This document shows, in pieces, positions 9,528 through 20,375 of a stretch of DNA of 64,000 nt. Under the pieces are notes generated by a model. It did no database searches. It was not told the DNA's origin and worked only from the letters and a program-made list of their open reading frames with translations. The translations under genes were made by a program, and so were the position numbers. Numbering within the stretch: position 1 is the first letter of the stretch; each line of letters starts with the position of its first letter. The stretch is taken from positions 124,001 to 188,000 of IMG/VR virus record IMGVR_UViG_3300028676_000003, one strand, 5' to 3'.

Positions 9528-12500
9528 ATGAGTCAAACAAAAACGAAAGTCGATAACTTGGTTATCGAAAAATTTCTTGAAGGAACTGACCCGCAAAAGT
9601 ATATAGTTGGTGTTGAAGCTGTTTATGATAAACCAATTGTAACGTTGGTAATCAATGATAGAGATACAGACACCAAGTATTTAGAAGAGCACAGGTATAA
9701 ACCATTCCTTTGGTTTAAAGAAGACATTACCACAGTCATTTACGGTGGTAGTAAAACAAAGATACGAGAAGCGGCCGCTAGGCACGGTATCAAAATGGTT
9801 AAGCTTAGAACTGCTAATGATGATGGGTTTACACCTGTACGTCTACAAAATGGTTATAAGTTCTTAGCAACATGTACTAAATCATACAATGAATTAATCA
9901 ATTTCTTTAAATTCGGTGGTGTAGACCCATTTAGTAAAGAATACCAAAAGAACTTCGTTATGTTTAGTCCTACTGAACAATTCCTTATCCAAACAGGTAA
10001 GCGTTTGTTCAAAGGTATCGACGATTATAACGATGTTCACAGGTTCCAATATGACTTGGAGACCGAGGGTTTATTTGCTGACAGTCATGCAATATTCCAA
10101 ATCGGTGTACGAGACAATAGAGGATTCGAAGGTGTTCTAGAAACTGTCGGTGCGAGAACACAAGCACTTATCGAACAAGAGCGTGAAGCTAAGGATGAAA
10201 TAACGAAACTAGCCATTAGAGCTGAGTTAGAATTAATCAAAGATACACCTCAAGAATTACGTGAGGCAGAACGTCAAAATATCAAGAAATTCTTTGAAAT
10301 TATTGACGCTGTTAAACCTGATATTATCACTGGATATAACTCAGAGGACTTTGACTGGCCTTTCTTATTTAAAAGAGCTGAGAGACTTGGTATTTCAATT
10401 ACTGAATTAGCAATTACTCTTAATCGTGCATCTAAGATTAAACGTAAAGAAGCTTCTTTGAAATTGGGTGGTGAGACCCAAAAGTATCAACAAACTCACA
10501 TGTATGGATATAGTATTATCGATATCTCACATGCTGTTCGTAGAGCCATGGCGATTAACTCGGAAATCAAAGGATGGGGATTGAAATATATCACTCAATA
10601 CTCTGAGATTGCGAAGCCAAATAGGGTTTATGTGCCTGGGGATAAGATTAATACAACTTGGAGAGATAAGAAAAACGAGTACGCTTTCAACAATGAAAAT
10701 GGTGATTGGTACAAGATTACAGCAAAGGCTCCATTAAAAGAAAAATATTCAAAAGTTAAAGGTGCTTATATAGTACAACGTTACTTATGTGATGACTTGT
10801 GGGAAACTGAACAAATTGATACTATTTTCAACCAAGCCAGTTTCCTTATTTCGAAGATTCTTCCAACATCATTCCAACGTAGTTCTACAATGGGTACAGC
10901 TGGACAATGGAAGCTTATTATGTCTGCATGGTCTTATGAGAACGGTCTTGCTATTCCTGAGTTACAACAAAAACGTGAATTTACTGGTGGTCTTTCTAGA
11001 CTTCTTGAAGTAGGTTTCGCTAAAAATGTATACAAGTTAGATTATGCCGCTTTATATCCTAAAACACAGTTAACTCACTTTATTTTCCCTGACTTAGATA
11101 TTTCAGGTGTAATGGAAGGAATGCTTACTTATGTTGTTGATAGCCGTGATAAATTTAAGTTCTTGACTGGTGTTGAAAAGAAAACATATAAAGCATTAGA
11201 AGGTAAATTGAAAGCTGAGAAAGCTAATATGACTGACGCTGAAATCGAGGAATTAACTGAGAGAATTGCGAAGCATAAAGCACTATCAAATCTTTACGAT
11301 AAAAAACAATTACCACTTAAGATTCTTGCTAACTCATGGTTCGGTTCATATGGTGCGCCATATATCTTTAATTGGGGTGATTCGGATTCTGCTGAGGAAA
11401 CAACTTGTCGTGGTCGTCAATATTTACGTCTTATGGTTAAACACTTCTATGAGAAATATAAGTTTAGACCTCTTGTAGGTGATACCGATGGTTTCAACTT
11501 TGCGGCACCTGATAACTTGGAAGAAATTACTTATCTTGCTAAAGGTACGCATTGGAAAACTGAAGATGATGCAAACAAGTTACTTGTTGGTATCGATGCT
11601 GTTCTTGCAGAGTTTAACGAAACTTATATGGAAGGTCGTATGGGTCTAGATTTAGATGATGTATGTTCTTCAACAATCAACTTTGCTAGAAAGAACTACG
11701 CCAATGATATTGGTGGTAAGATTAAGCTTGTTGGTAACTCGGTTAAATCTAAGAAAATGTCGGTTTATATAGAAGAATTCTTAGGAAAAGGTATTCGTAT
11801 GCTTTTAGATGGTGATGGTCATTCATTCATAAATTATTACTATGAGTATGTAGATAAAATCTATAATTACCAAATTCCATTGGTTAAGATTGCATCTAAA
11901 GCTAGAGTTAAAACAACAGCTACTGAATACGCTAAGAAAGCAACTCAGAAAAATAAAGCTGGGAATCCAATGCCAAAGCAAGCTCACATGGAGTTAGCAT
12001 TAAAAGATGGACTTGGAATTAACTTAGGTGATACACTTTATTATGTGAATACTGGTCTTATGAAGTCTCACGGAGATTTAAAAACAGAAACAAACAAGGC
12101 TACTGGTTTAAAAACAGTAACTCTTAACTGTAAATTAATCAACCCTGATACTGTAGAAAAAGATTTTGAGCTTATAAAAGAATTGGAGATTCTTAAAAAA
12201 GGTTTACTTGTACTTGAAGAAGCTGAGTCCGAAGCTAAAAAAGATATTGAAGATAGAATTCAAGAAATTGAAAACTCTCTTGTAACTGATGAGTATAATG
12301 TTGCTCGTTACTTGGATAATTTCAACAAAAAGGTTAAACCTCTTTTGGTTTGTTTCAACGAAGAAGTTCGTGGTAAGGTTTTATTAGATATCGTTAAGGT
12401 TAAAAATAAAGAAACCAAAAAAACAACTGACACACTAAAACAAAGAGTTATTTTTTCTCCTTATGAGTGTGAACTAATTTCAGGTATTCCTTTTAAAGAA

Positions 12501-13307
12501 GGTGACCAAGATTCATATGAAGACCTTATGCGTATGGAAGATAAAGAAATTAAGTTTTGGGATAAGGTTGATAAGGTTCCAAATAACATGGAAGAACACG
12601 TTTGGGCCGAGCTTAGAATTGATTATCATGAAAGAATGGTAATTGCTAAGATTGAAGGTGTTGAACGAGAAAAAGAAGTTATGGATGATATCATCAAACA
12701 CTTAGAAGTTAGTGACTTAGAAGGTGCAATGAGAGGTGAATTACCACTAGATGTATTTGTCATGGCTGATATGGCTGACGATGATTCAGGTGCGATTGTT
12801 TCTAGAAAATTTGGAGAAGTACTATGTTATTTCGATGAATTATTTAAATACGAATCTGATGCTATTAGACGTAATGAATTTTACCATCTTAATGGAAATC
12901 TAAATGATGCTATCGACAGATACGAACAATGGTTAGATTACAACGCAGAAAACATTGTAATGACTGGTTCAACAGTTGAAACAAGCGGACAAATGGAATT
13001 ATTCTCAGATTCTGATATTGATTCCGTAATCAAGAGAGTTAAGGTAAAAAGCAAGACAGCTACTAAGAAATCAATAGCTATGCTTAATGCTGAGAAAGCT
13101 GAACCTAAAAAGAAAGCTAGTGAAGATGAAGATGATGAAGAAGTTGTTTTTATTCTTGACGCTAACGGACAATTGGTTAGAAAAGATGAAATATTACAAT
13201 TGGATGACGAATTCGATGATACCTTTGGAGATATGCCTGAAGGATATGTTGTTTATGAAGCACCAATTACTCCAAAAGAACCTGAAAAGGACGAGTGGGG
13301 ATTTTAA
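9528..13307 (+). CDS. Family B DNA polymerase with 3'-5' exonuclease
   Basis: Exo motifs YDLETEG, GYNSEDFDWP, YLCDD. Polymerase motifs LDYAALYP (A), KILANSWFGSYG (B), VGDTDG (C). Confidence 0.95.
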   Translation: MSQTKTKVDNLVIEKFLEGTDPQKYIVGVEAVYDKPIVTLVINDRDTDTKYLEEHRYKPFLWFKEDITTVIYGGSKTKIREAAARHGIKMVKLRTANDDGFTPVRLQNGYKFLATCTKSYNELINFFKFGGVDPFSKEYQKNFVMFSPTEQFLIQTGKRLFKGIDDYNDVHRFQYDLETEGLFADSHAIFQIGVRDNRGFEGVLETVGARTQALIEQEREAKDEITKLAIRAELELIKDTPQELREAERQNIKKFFEIIDAVKPDIITGYNSEDFDWPFLFKRAERLGISITELAITLNRASKIKRKEASLKLGGETQKYQQTHMYGYSIIDISHAVRRAMAINSEIKGWGLKYITQYSEIAKPNRVYVPGDKINTTWRDKKNEYAFNNENGDWYKITAKAPLKEKYSKVKGAYIVQRYLCDDLWETEQIDTIFNQASFLISKILPTSFQRSSTMGTAGQWKLIMSAWSYENGLAIPELQQKREFTGGLSRLLEVGFAKNVYKLDYAALYPKTQLTHFIFPDLDISGVMEGMLTYVVDSRDKFKFLTGVEKKTYKALEGKLKAEKANMTDAEIEELTERIAKHKALSNLYDKKQLPLKILANSWFGSYGAPYIFNWGDSDSAEETTCRGRQYLRLMVKHFYEKYKFRPLVGDTDGFNFAAPDNLEEITYLAKGTHWKTEDDANKLLVGIDAVLAEFNETYMEGRMGLDLDDVCSSTINFARKNYANDIGGKIKLVGNSVKSKKMSVYIEEFLGKGIRMLLDGDGHSFINYYYEYVDKIYNYQIPLVKIASKARVKTTATEYAKKATQKNKAGNPMPKQAHMELALKDGLGINLGDTLYYVNTGLMKSHGDLKTETNKATGLKTVTLNCKLINPDTVEKDFELIKELEILKKGLLVLEEAESEAKKDIEDRIQEIENSLVTDEYNVARYLDNFNKKVKPLLVCFNEEVRGKVLLDIVKVKNKETKKTTDTLKQRVIFSPYECELISGIPFKEGDQDSYEDLMRMEDKEIKFWDKVDKVPNNMEEHVWAELRIDYHERMVIAKIEGVEREKEVMDDIIKHLEVSDLEGAMRGELPLDVFVMADMADDDSGAIVSRKFGEVLCYFDELFKYESDAIRRNEFYHLNGNLNDAIDRYEQWLDYNAENIVMTGSTVETSGQMELFSDSDIDSVIKRVKVKSKTATKKSIAMLNAEKAEPKKKASEDEDDEEVVFILDANGQLVRKDEILQLDDEFDDTFGDMPEGYVVYEAPITPKEPEKDEWGF

Positions 13308-13310
13308 AAT

Positions 13311-13340
13311 AAGAAAGGGACCTTTGGGTCCCTTTTTTTA
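13311..13340. terminator. Bidirectional intrinsic terminator between the convergent polymerase and neck genes
   Basis: AAAGGGACC-TTTG-GGTCCCTTT followed by a T run, with an A run on the left. Confidence 0.85.
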
Positions 13341-14486
13341 TTAGTATACATAGAACCCTAGAGGTCTAAATTGTAATTGTCTGTTTAAGAATTCTGCTTC
13401 TTGTGCTCCACGCTCCAATTGAGCTGTACTTGAAAGCCTAAGAAGTCTTGCATCAAGTCTTTCTAAAACTGCTCTTCTTTCATCGTTTCCTTCTGAAATA
13501 AGTGTTTCATAATCCATGATTCTTTCAGCTTCAGGCGGTCCAACAACACCACCAAACTTTCCACGAGTTCTACCAAGTGCTCTCTTAGCTTCAGCAATAA
13601 ATAATTGTCTGATAAGAGTCTTTGTAGGTGGGTTAAATGATGAGAAATCTAATTCTGATAAAGGAACTTGATTTGGTAATTGGATAATATCAGGATTATC
13701 TTTCTTACACTTGTCAGCATCTTCATCTGTTAATTTTGAAGTATCGTAATAGTGATACCAAACTTGACACCCAGTCATATTGATTGAGTTAGGTACTCCA
13801 CCTAATCCAGTACCAAACGATAACTTAGACCCAGGAACACTCAATAAATGAAGTAATTTCGTTCCATTAGGACCTGCTGTAATCTTGTGAACAAGCTCAC
13901 TTCTAACCATTCTATTCTTAAGGTTCATATCTGCCGCAGTAAGAAGTACATCGAACGCTGGTGTAATGTAGTAACCAGCATTTTGACCACCACCTTGAGC
14001 AACACCTTGTCCAGTTTGGGCAAATCCACCACCGAAACCACCATCAAGTCCACCGTAGCTACCAAATAAGGCTGGCGTAATTGTTGGAGGTGTAATCCAA
14101 AGAACTTCGTTAATTTCACGTCCTGCTGGGATTGTGTAGACTTGTCTACCTGCTTCGATTTCAACGAAGTCTTTCTTTAATTCATAAGGACCATTAGCTT
14201 GTAGACCAACTCCTTTAGAATAAGCATAAGTATATTGTGTAATGAAGTCAAAGCCTCTTACACTTAATGCAAATGCCATATCGGTTGTGTCAATACTTGA
14301 ACCTAACAATGATTGCCATTGGTGTTCAACAAGCCATTCTTGAACGTATTGAGCATAGTCTTCAATAGCTATTTCTAATAGCGTACAAAGTTGCTCATCT
14401 TCCAATTCAATCTGACGGATTGGTGCTCCGACAGAGTGTCTAAATTGACGAAATATTTTATCTCTTTCTGTTGTGCTTACTGCCAT
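13341..14486 (-). CDS. Neck / head-tail adaptor protein (T4 gp13-like)
   Basis: N-terminal SVGAPIRQIELEDEQLCTLLEIAIEDY resembles the gp13 LGAPVINVE-type motif. C-terminal LGRTRGKFGGV. TATTTATA 14 nt upstream. Confidence 0.7.
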   Translation of the reverse strand: MAVSTTERDKIFRQFRHSVGAPIRQIELEDEQLCTLLEIAIEDYAQYVQEWLVEHQWQSLLGSSIDTTDMAFALSVRGFDFITQYTYAYSKGVGLQANGPYELKKDFVEIEAGRQVYTIPAGREINEVLWITPPTITPALFGSYGGLDGGFGGGFAQTGQGVAQGGGQNAGYYITPAFDVLLTAADMNLKNRMVRSELVHKITAGPNGTKLLHLLSVPGSKLSFGTGLGGVPNSINMTGCQVWYHYYDTSKLTDEDADKCKKDNPDIIQLPNQVPLSELDFSSFNPPTKTLIRQLFIAEAKRALGRTRGKFGGVVGPPEAERIMDYETLISEGNDERRAVLERLDARLLRLSSTAQLERGAQEAEFLNRQLQFRPLGFYVY

Positions 14487-14523
14487 GTTTGTTGTTTTAT
14501 TATAAATATAATAAAACTTGTAA

Positions 14524-14778
14524 TTAAGCTAAAAACTTCTTTGTTAATTCCACAGCCTCATCTATCGAGTGAAACGATACATTAGGGATAAATAATTGCT
14601 TACCAATCTTTACAACTGGCACTTCGTTAGAATTGCTTGCTACAACAACCTTACCATATTCTTCAGCATTTTCAGCCAAGTTAACGTTTATATCATTATA
14701 TTCGATACCTTCAGCTGTTAGCTTTTCTTTTAATTCCTTACAAAAAGGACACTCAGGGAATGTATAAATTATTACCAT
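14524..14778 (-). CDS. Glutaredoxin/NrdH-like redoxin
   Basis: IYTFPECPFC (CxxC) and VPVVKIG cis-Pro motif, 84 aa. Confidence 0.88.
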   Translation of the reverse strand: MVIIYTFPECPFCKELKEKLTAEGIEYNDINVNLAENAEEYGKVVVASNSNEVPVVKIGKQLFIPNVSFHSIDEAVELTKKFLA

Positions 14779-16619
14779 TACTCTTCTATTAATTCGTTAA
14801 TTAAGATTTCTGTTAATTCTTCATCTGAAGGACGCTTGTCACCCATGATTGTTGAAATAACATCTTTTTTATTATTAAGCATTAACCACATACGACTTGA
14901 AATTGTATCATCAAATAGTTGGTAGTAAACGTTTACGTTATTTTTTTGTCCGATACGGAAAGCTCTATCTTCAGCTTGTTCATTATTCCCAGGCACCCAA
15001 TCAAATGAGTTAAACACAACAACCGTTCCTTCAGTAAGTGTAATACCAACACCCGCTGACTTAATATTCCCTACAAATACCTTAACCTTGTCATTTTGTT
15101 GGAAAGCATCGACAGATTTTTGTTTTTGAATAGTAGACATAGGCCCGTTGTGTTTAACCGCTTGTTTTCCGAAGTGGTTAGCAATCATTTCTAATTCTTC
15201 AGTAAAGCTTGTAAATACAATAACCTTTCTTCCCATTTCAATAGCATTCTCAACCATTTCAATTGTTTGTGGAATAGCTTGTATCGCAATGAATTGTCTA
15301 AGGAGAATTAGTTCAACTAAATCCTTTTGAGATTCAACACTACGCTTTCCTTCAAGCTTACGCTTCAGCATATATTCATCCCAAAGCAACTCATATTGTT
15401 TAAGACCTTTTTTATCAAGTAAATGGTGCATCGGTGTGATAACCTTATCAGGCATATCAAGAACTTCAGTTTTTAAACGTCTTAGAATGATGTTTTTTGT
15501 TTTAGAAGCTAATTCTTCTAAGTTGCTGGCACCATCGGTAAGCCATATCTGCTTTTTAACACCATTTTTAAGCGTTCTAAAGAACTGTCTTCCGTCACAG
15601 TACCTTAGAGCGTAGTGCTTCCAATTCTCTGCAATAGGAGACTTTATAATCTTTAATAGATTAAAGAAGTCCATTGGTCTGTTTGCAACTGGTGTTCCAG
15701 TAAGAAGCCAAGTCTTATTTATTCCGTATTTGTTAGTCAATTCAACCATAATCTTTCCACGGATGCTTTCATTGTTTTTAAGGTAGTGAGCCTCATCAAT
15801 GATACATAGGTCAAATCCAGCTTCAGCTAATTGTCTGTTGATTACTTCTTCAGGTTCACCTTCTTTTTTCTTTGTTGTTTTAGCTAGAGTATGGAAATTT
15901 TTAAGAATATCAAAATTAATGATAACAAATTTAGCATCTGACCATTTTTTACCATCAATAATTGTTGTATCATCACAAAAAACGTTAATTTCACGTTCCC
16001 AATTTATCTTCGTTGCCGAAGGACAAACAATTAGAATCTTCTTAGCTCCACTTTCAAGGGCCGCAATGATGGATTGAATACTCTTTCCAAGACCCATATC
16101 ATCTGCAAGAATACAACCATTTCTAGCTAAAAGGAACTTGATTCCTTCCTCTTGGTGTTGATAGAGTTTTTTACCGTCTTTAGCCAATACATTATTGTAA
16201 GGTGTGAAGTCTACATCAATGTTGATTGGTTCAAAGTAAGGGTCATCAAGAACCTGAGTCTTTGCGAGCCAATACATTTTAGAAACCGTTTGGTTTTGTT
16301 TCAGCTTCCCATAAACGTGAAATGCTTTTTCAGTTTCACCCAAGATAAATTCAATTAGAACCTTTTGTGGTGTAAAAGCTACATTATCTGCTTTTTGTAA
16401 TTCAAGTCCTAGGTATTCAGTTATTCCAACTACTCGGTTAACGAATATTGGTTGTCTGTTATGGTTATCAATAATGTACTTTGATTGGTTTTCAGTCAAA
16501 GGTATTTTTTTATTTTTCAAATAAGCATTTTTAAGCTTTATAAGGTACGGATTTATCCCTTCGTAACCCTCAAGTAGCGCAACTGCTGATTGTGACTTTA
16601 AATCGTTTAATGTTATCAA
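14778..16619 (-). CDS. SNF2-family (SF2) helicase/translocase
   Basis: LADDMGLGKS, IIDEAH, LTGTP, GVGITL, QAEDRAFRIGQ. Starts with TTG. Confidence 0.92.
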   Translation of the reverse strand: MITLNDLKSQSAVALLEGYEGINPYLIKLKNAYLKNKKIPLTENQSKYIIDNHNRQPIFVNRVVGITEYLGLELQKADNVAFTPQKVLIEFILGETEKAFHVYGKLKQNQTVSKMYWLAKTQVLDDPYFEPINIDVDFTPYNNVLAKDGKKLYQHQEEGIKFLLARNGCILADDMGLGKSIQSIIAALESGAKKILIVCPSATKINWEREINVFCDDTTIIDGKKWSDAKFVIINFDILKNFHTLAKTTKKKEGEPEEVINRQLAEAGFDLCIIDEAHYLKNNESIRGKIMVELTNKYGINKTWLLTGTPVANRPMDFFNLLKIIKSPIAENWKHYALRYCDGRQFFRTLKNGVKKQIWLTDGASNLEELASKTKNIILRRLKTEVLDMPDKVITPMHHLLDKKGLKQYELLWDEYMLKRKLEGKRSVESQKDLVELILLRQFIAIQAIPQTIEMVENAIEMGRKVIVFTSFTEELEMIANHFGKQAVKHNGPMSTIQKQKSVDAFQQNDKVKVFVGNIKSAGVGITLTEGTVVVFNSFDWVPGNNEQAEDRAFRIGQKNNVNVYYQLFDDTISSRMWLMLNNKKDVISTIMGDKRPSDEELTEILINELIEE

Positions 16620-16650
16620 AATTATATGTGTTTCTTTTAAAAATTATATC

Positions 16651-16680
16651 TAAATATAATTAAAATTAAAGAAAAATCAA
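16651..16680 (-). promoter_or_regulatory. Host-type promoter variant for the SNF2-glutaredoxin operon
   Basis: Minus strand TTG-N19-TATATTTA (one mismatch to TAnnTTTG). Confidence 0.45.
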
Positions 16681-16703
16681 TAGTTATGGTATATTAAGTA
16701 AAT

Positions 16704-16717
16704 TATAAATATTTATA
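16704..16717. promoter_or_regulatory. Palindromic back-to-back TATTTATA motif between the divergent SNF2 and neck genes
   Basis: TATAAATATTTATA, 13 nt upstream of ATG 16731. Confidence 0.6.
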
Positions 16718-16730
16718 ATAAAACAAAATT

Positions 16731-17261
16731 ATGGACGAAACTAATAAAAAAGTAACACCGATTACTAGAATAAACAAATGGTTTTCTCATGAAGATTTCG
16801 CTTTAGAAGTTTCAATGGGAAGAGAAGCTATCGAAGGTGATGGAAATTTTACCATCATTTTATATAGAGTTAATAGAGATGAAACGGAATATGACAAGTT
16901 ATATGGTGAAGCAACCAAAGATGGTATTAGATTTCATCCACCTCTTGAACTTAAGGTTGTTCCTATCATGGCAACACCTGAAAATAAAGCATATAATTCA
17001 AGTGCTGGTTCACTTCAACACTTACAAGATGGGCCATTTACATTTGGAATATATGACCAACAATTATCTGAAATGGACGCTGAAATTAGCCACGGTGACT
17101 ACATTGGATATCCAGTGACTGAGACAGATGTTAGATATTTTTCAGTTGTAAATTCAGGAATAAAAAATTACGATAACAGACACACCATCATGGGTTACAA
17201 AGGAGCTTTCAGAACAGTAGTATGTGCTGGAGTTGACGATAGTGAATTCAGAGGTATTTAA
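16731..17261 (+). CDS. Head-closure / neck protein (T4 gp14-like)
   Basis: Size, YDKLYGE motif, beta-rich sequence, position before the terminator-like protein and sheath. Confidence 0.5.
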   Translation: MDETNKKVTPITRINKWFSHEDFALEVSMGREAIEGDGNFTIILYRVNRDETEYDKLYGEATKDGIRFHPPLELKVVPIMATPENKAYNSSAGSLQHLQDGPFTFGIYDQQLSEMDAEISHGDYIGYPVTETDVRYFSVVNSGIKNYDNRHTIMGYKGAFRTVVCAGVDDSEFRGI

Positions 17262-17275
17262 TAAAGACATAAAAC

Positions 17276-18070
17276 ATGGTAATGCAAAAAGGATATTTAA
17301 CTAATATCAACACACAAAATCAAAAAATTGGATTCGAAAGAAGACAAGAAATACTTGACGACATATCAGATAAAGGCACATTCCTTCCAAAGGGTGTTCT
17401 TGAAGAAGACATGGACGGAAGCTTTATTGAACATATGGAAAATAACTTGTCTATTGTAGTTGATGGTGAGAAGGTACCTGTTATATTCTTAACTATTCAA
17501 AGATGGTCAGAGTTTACTAAGACTTGGCAATTTACTGATAAGTACAAGAATATACAAATGCCTTTTATAACTGTTGTAAGAAAACCTGATATTCAACAAG
17601 GACAAAATCAAGCTGGACTTTGGAATATTCCAATGAATCACACATATACTTACATGAAGGTACCAACCTTTGATGGTGTTAGACGTGGTGTAGATTTATA
17701 TAAGATTCCTCAACCAACTAGTGTTGATTTACTTTATGAAGTGCGTATCTTTACTGGAAAGATGAAAGACTTGAATAAATTCAACAGAAAGGTTCAAAAA
17801 GCTTTCCAATCAAGACAATCATATTTAAATGTTAACGGACATCCAATGCCGCTTCACTTAGAAAGTATCGGTGATGAGAGTAATATTGAAGATTTTGAGA
17901 ACAGAAGATTTTATGTTCAAATGTTTGAAATGAAACTACTTGGATATATCCTTGATGAAGATGACTTTGAAGTAATTACAACAGTTAACAGAGCAATAAT
18001 ATCGACAGAATCAATAGAAACAACTAGTGTTGTTCCACAAAATAATAACCCATACCAAAAATATATCTAA
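17276..18070 (+). CDS. Tail terminator/completion protein (T4 gp15-like)
   Basis: IQMPFITVVR and PTSVDLLYEVRIFT-type motifs, position between neck and sheath genes. Confidence 0.5.
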   Translation: MVMQKGYLTNINTQNQKIGFERRQEILDDISDKGTFLPKGVLEEDMDGSFIEHMENNLSIVVDGEKVPVIFLTIQRWSEFTKTWQFTDKYKNIQMPFITVVRKPDIQQGQNQAGLWNIPMNHTYTYMKVPTFDGVRRGVDLYKIPQPTSVDLLYEVRIFTGKMKDLNKFNRKVQKAFQSRQSYLNVNGHPMPLHLESIGDESNIEDFENRRFYVQMFEMKLLGYILDEDDFEVITTVNRAIISTESIETTSVVPQNNNPYQKYI

Positions 18071-19651
18071 ATGGCAATAACAATAAATTCAGTAGACTTA
18101 GGCCCTATATGGTTTCAGAGTGGTAATGGTATTCCTGACCACATGGCTTTTAAAGGAACTCTTTTCATTGATTTGGACACGGCTATTGAATATATTAATA
18201 AAGATGGATTTTTTCTTTGGGAAGTAAATGGTGGTGGTGGTCCTGTAGGACCTGATATTTATATTTCAGGTATGTCATTTAACAATGGAAACTATGACCT
18301 TATTTTAAATAGAAATGATGGAGTTAACTTTACCCAAAATTTAGGTATATTAGCGAGTGACATGACAGTTACTGGTGGAACATACAATGTTAATACAGGT
18401 ATAGTTACGTTCACCAATAATTCAGGTGGTACATTCAATGTTACTGGGTTTACTAGTGGTATGACTGATAGTTATACTACTGGTGCTACACTAGTTGGTA
18501 ATTCTATTGAATTTGATAACAACATTTATGGTTCTGATTTTTATAGTGTTGATTTGACACCTGTTATATCTGGTAAAACAGATAATTCTTTATTTAATTT
18601 ACATACTGGTAACACTAGTAATCCACATCAAACATCTTTTAATAATCTAATATCAACTGCACATACACATTCAATTAGTGATATTGATAATTTACAAACT
18701 ATTTTAAATTCAAAATTTGATAATACAGGTGGAACAATAAGTGGTAATATAACAGTAAATACTATTTCTGCAACTACCTATCAAAACTTACCAACAAATC
18801 TTTTTGTTGGTGGTACAGGTACAACAAATACAGTTCCAAAGTTTACTAGTTTAAACAATATTGGTAATAGTTCTATTATTGATAACGGTAGTTTTATAAG
18901 AATAAATGGTCAAATAACTGGTACTACATCCATGTACGATTTTTATGATTCTAGTAGTACACTTAGAACACGTTTAACTGGTTCAGGTGCTCAAACTTGG
19001 TTTTTAAACAATGGTTTAGCAAATGTTGGGTCTGTAGCATATTCGACCCCTAATAGTAACCCAGGAATTGTATTCCTTGGTCTTACTGGTAATGGTCGAA
19101 CAGATATTAGGTTAAATTCACAAACTGGTGGTTTAGCTTTTGCAACTGGAACTGGTAGTGGTACCACATCAACCCAAGTTTTACTTACTACAAATGGTAA
19201 TTTTTTAATAAACACTACTACTGATAATAATACCGATAAATTACAAATAAATGGTTCATTAGTTGCAACAACGATTAAAAAAAGTGGTGGTTTATCAACA
19301 CAATTTTTAAAGGCAGATGGTAGCGTTGATACTAATCCTTCACAGATTAGACTTTCTGCCAGTACAGCAATTTCAACTCTAACTAATGATGTTAGTGGAT
19401 TTGGTCAGAATGGTCGAAATGTAATCATTGATAATTCAACTGCTATTACACTTACAACTAGTGTTTCATCTGAATCTAACTTTATTGCATCATATTTAAA
19501 ACATGGTATAACTCCTGTAACATTTTCTGCTGGAAGTGGTACTGTTGTATCTGCTTTAACTGGAACCTTATTAATGAATGGTGGAGCTGGAAGTCGTGCT
19601 ACTTTAAATAGAGTGGATAATTTATTTTATTTAACAATTACAAATGTTTAA
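18071..19651 (+). CDS. Fibre/whisker-like mosaic structural protein
   Basis: Gly/Thr/Asn-rich modules (HTGNTSNPHQT, HTHSISDI, DKLQINGS, TQFLKADGSVD) of the kind seen in phage fibres. Confidence 0.55.
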   Translation: MAITINSVDLGPIWFQSGNGIPDHMAFKGTLFIDLDTAIEYINKDGFFLWEVNGGGGPVGPDIYISGMSFNNGNYDLILNRNDGVNFTQNLGILASDMTVTGGTYNVNTGIVTFTNNSGGTFNVTGFTSGMTDSYTTGATLVGNSIEFDNNIYGSDFYSVDLTPVISGKTDNSLFNLHTGNTSNPHQTSFNNLISTAHTHSISDIDNLQTILNSKFDNTGGTISGNITVNTISATTYQNLPTNLFVGGTGTTNTVPKFTSLNNIGNSSIIDNGSFIRINGQITGTTSMYDFYDSSSTLRTRLTGSGAQTWFLNNGLANVGSVAYSTPNSNPGIVFLGLTGNGRTDIRLNSQTGGLAFATGTGSGTTSTQVLLTTNGNFLINTTTDNNTDKLQINGSLVATTIKKSGGLSTQFLKADGSVDTNPSQIRLSASTAISTLTNDVSGFGQNGRNVIIDNSTAITLTTSVSSESNFIASYLKHGITPVTFSAGSGTVVSALTGTLLMNGGAGSRATLNRVDNLFYLTITNV

Positions 19652-20375
19652 TCCAAATTTACATTACGAATATAGTAGTAATGTTGTATTACCTAATATA
19701 GCAACAGGTAGTATGGTATTATATTTAGATGCTGGGAATCCATTGTCATATCCTGGAACTGGTACAACATGGAATGATTTGAGTGGTAATAATTATAACT
19801 CAACAATAAGTGGTGCAACTTTTAATAATTCTAATTATTATAATAACTTTTTATTAGATGGAATAAATGATAATGTAATATCTCCATTAGCCGCAGCTAA
19901 AACAAATACTGATAGTTTTACTATTTCTTTTTGGTCAACACCAAGACAAAGTGGAGGAGGGCCAACTATTTCTAGAGGAAATGATAATTTTGGTTCTGGT
20001 TGGAGTATGTCGTGTGCAATGTTTAGTGGTGGTAGTAGTTTTGCCTTAGTTATAAATGGTGTTCAATATACAACTAGTTATACTGGGGCAAGTTTTGATT
20101 TAAATACATTTTATCATTTCAGTGGTACTTATAATAGACCAAGTGGTGTTATTAAAATGTATGTACAAGGTATTTTAGTTAGTAGTGGTACTACTGTTGT
20201 TAATGGAACACTTAGAGATTCAACCAGAGGGTTTGTTTTAGGTCAGATAAGTAATAGTAGTTTTGGTAAATATAATATTAGTGAGGTCATAGTATATAAT
20301 AGAGTTTTAACTGATAATGAAATAAGAGGTAATTATTTATATGGTTTGAACCGTTATAACTATTATAAACACTAA
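19644..20375 (+). CDS. LamG / concanavalin A-like lectin domain protein
   Basis: LYLDAGNPLSYPGTGTTWNDLSGN, FTISFW, YHFSGTY, IKMYVQG, ISEVIVYNRVLTDNEI. Confidence 0.8.
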   Translation: MFNPNLHYEYSSNVVLPNIATGSMVLYLDAGNPLSYPGTGTTWNDLSGNNYNSTISGATFNNSNYYNNFLLDGINDNVISPLAAAKTNTDSFTISFWSTPRQSGGGPTISRGNDNFGSGWSMSCAMFSGGSSFALVINGVQYTTSYTGASFDLNTFYHFSGTYNRPSGVIKMYVQGILVSSGTTVVNGTLRDSTRGFVLGQISNSSFGKYNISEVIVYNRVLTDNEIRGNYLYGLNRYNYYKH

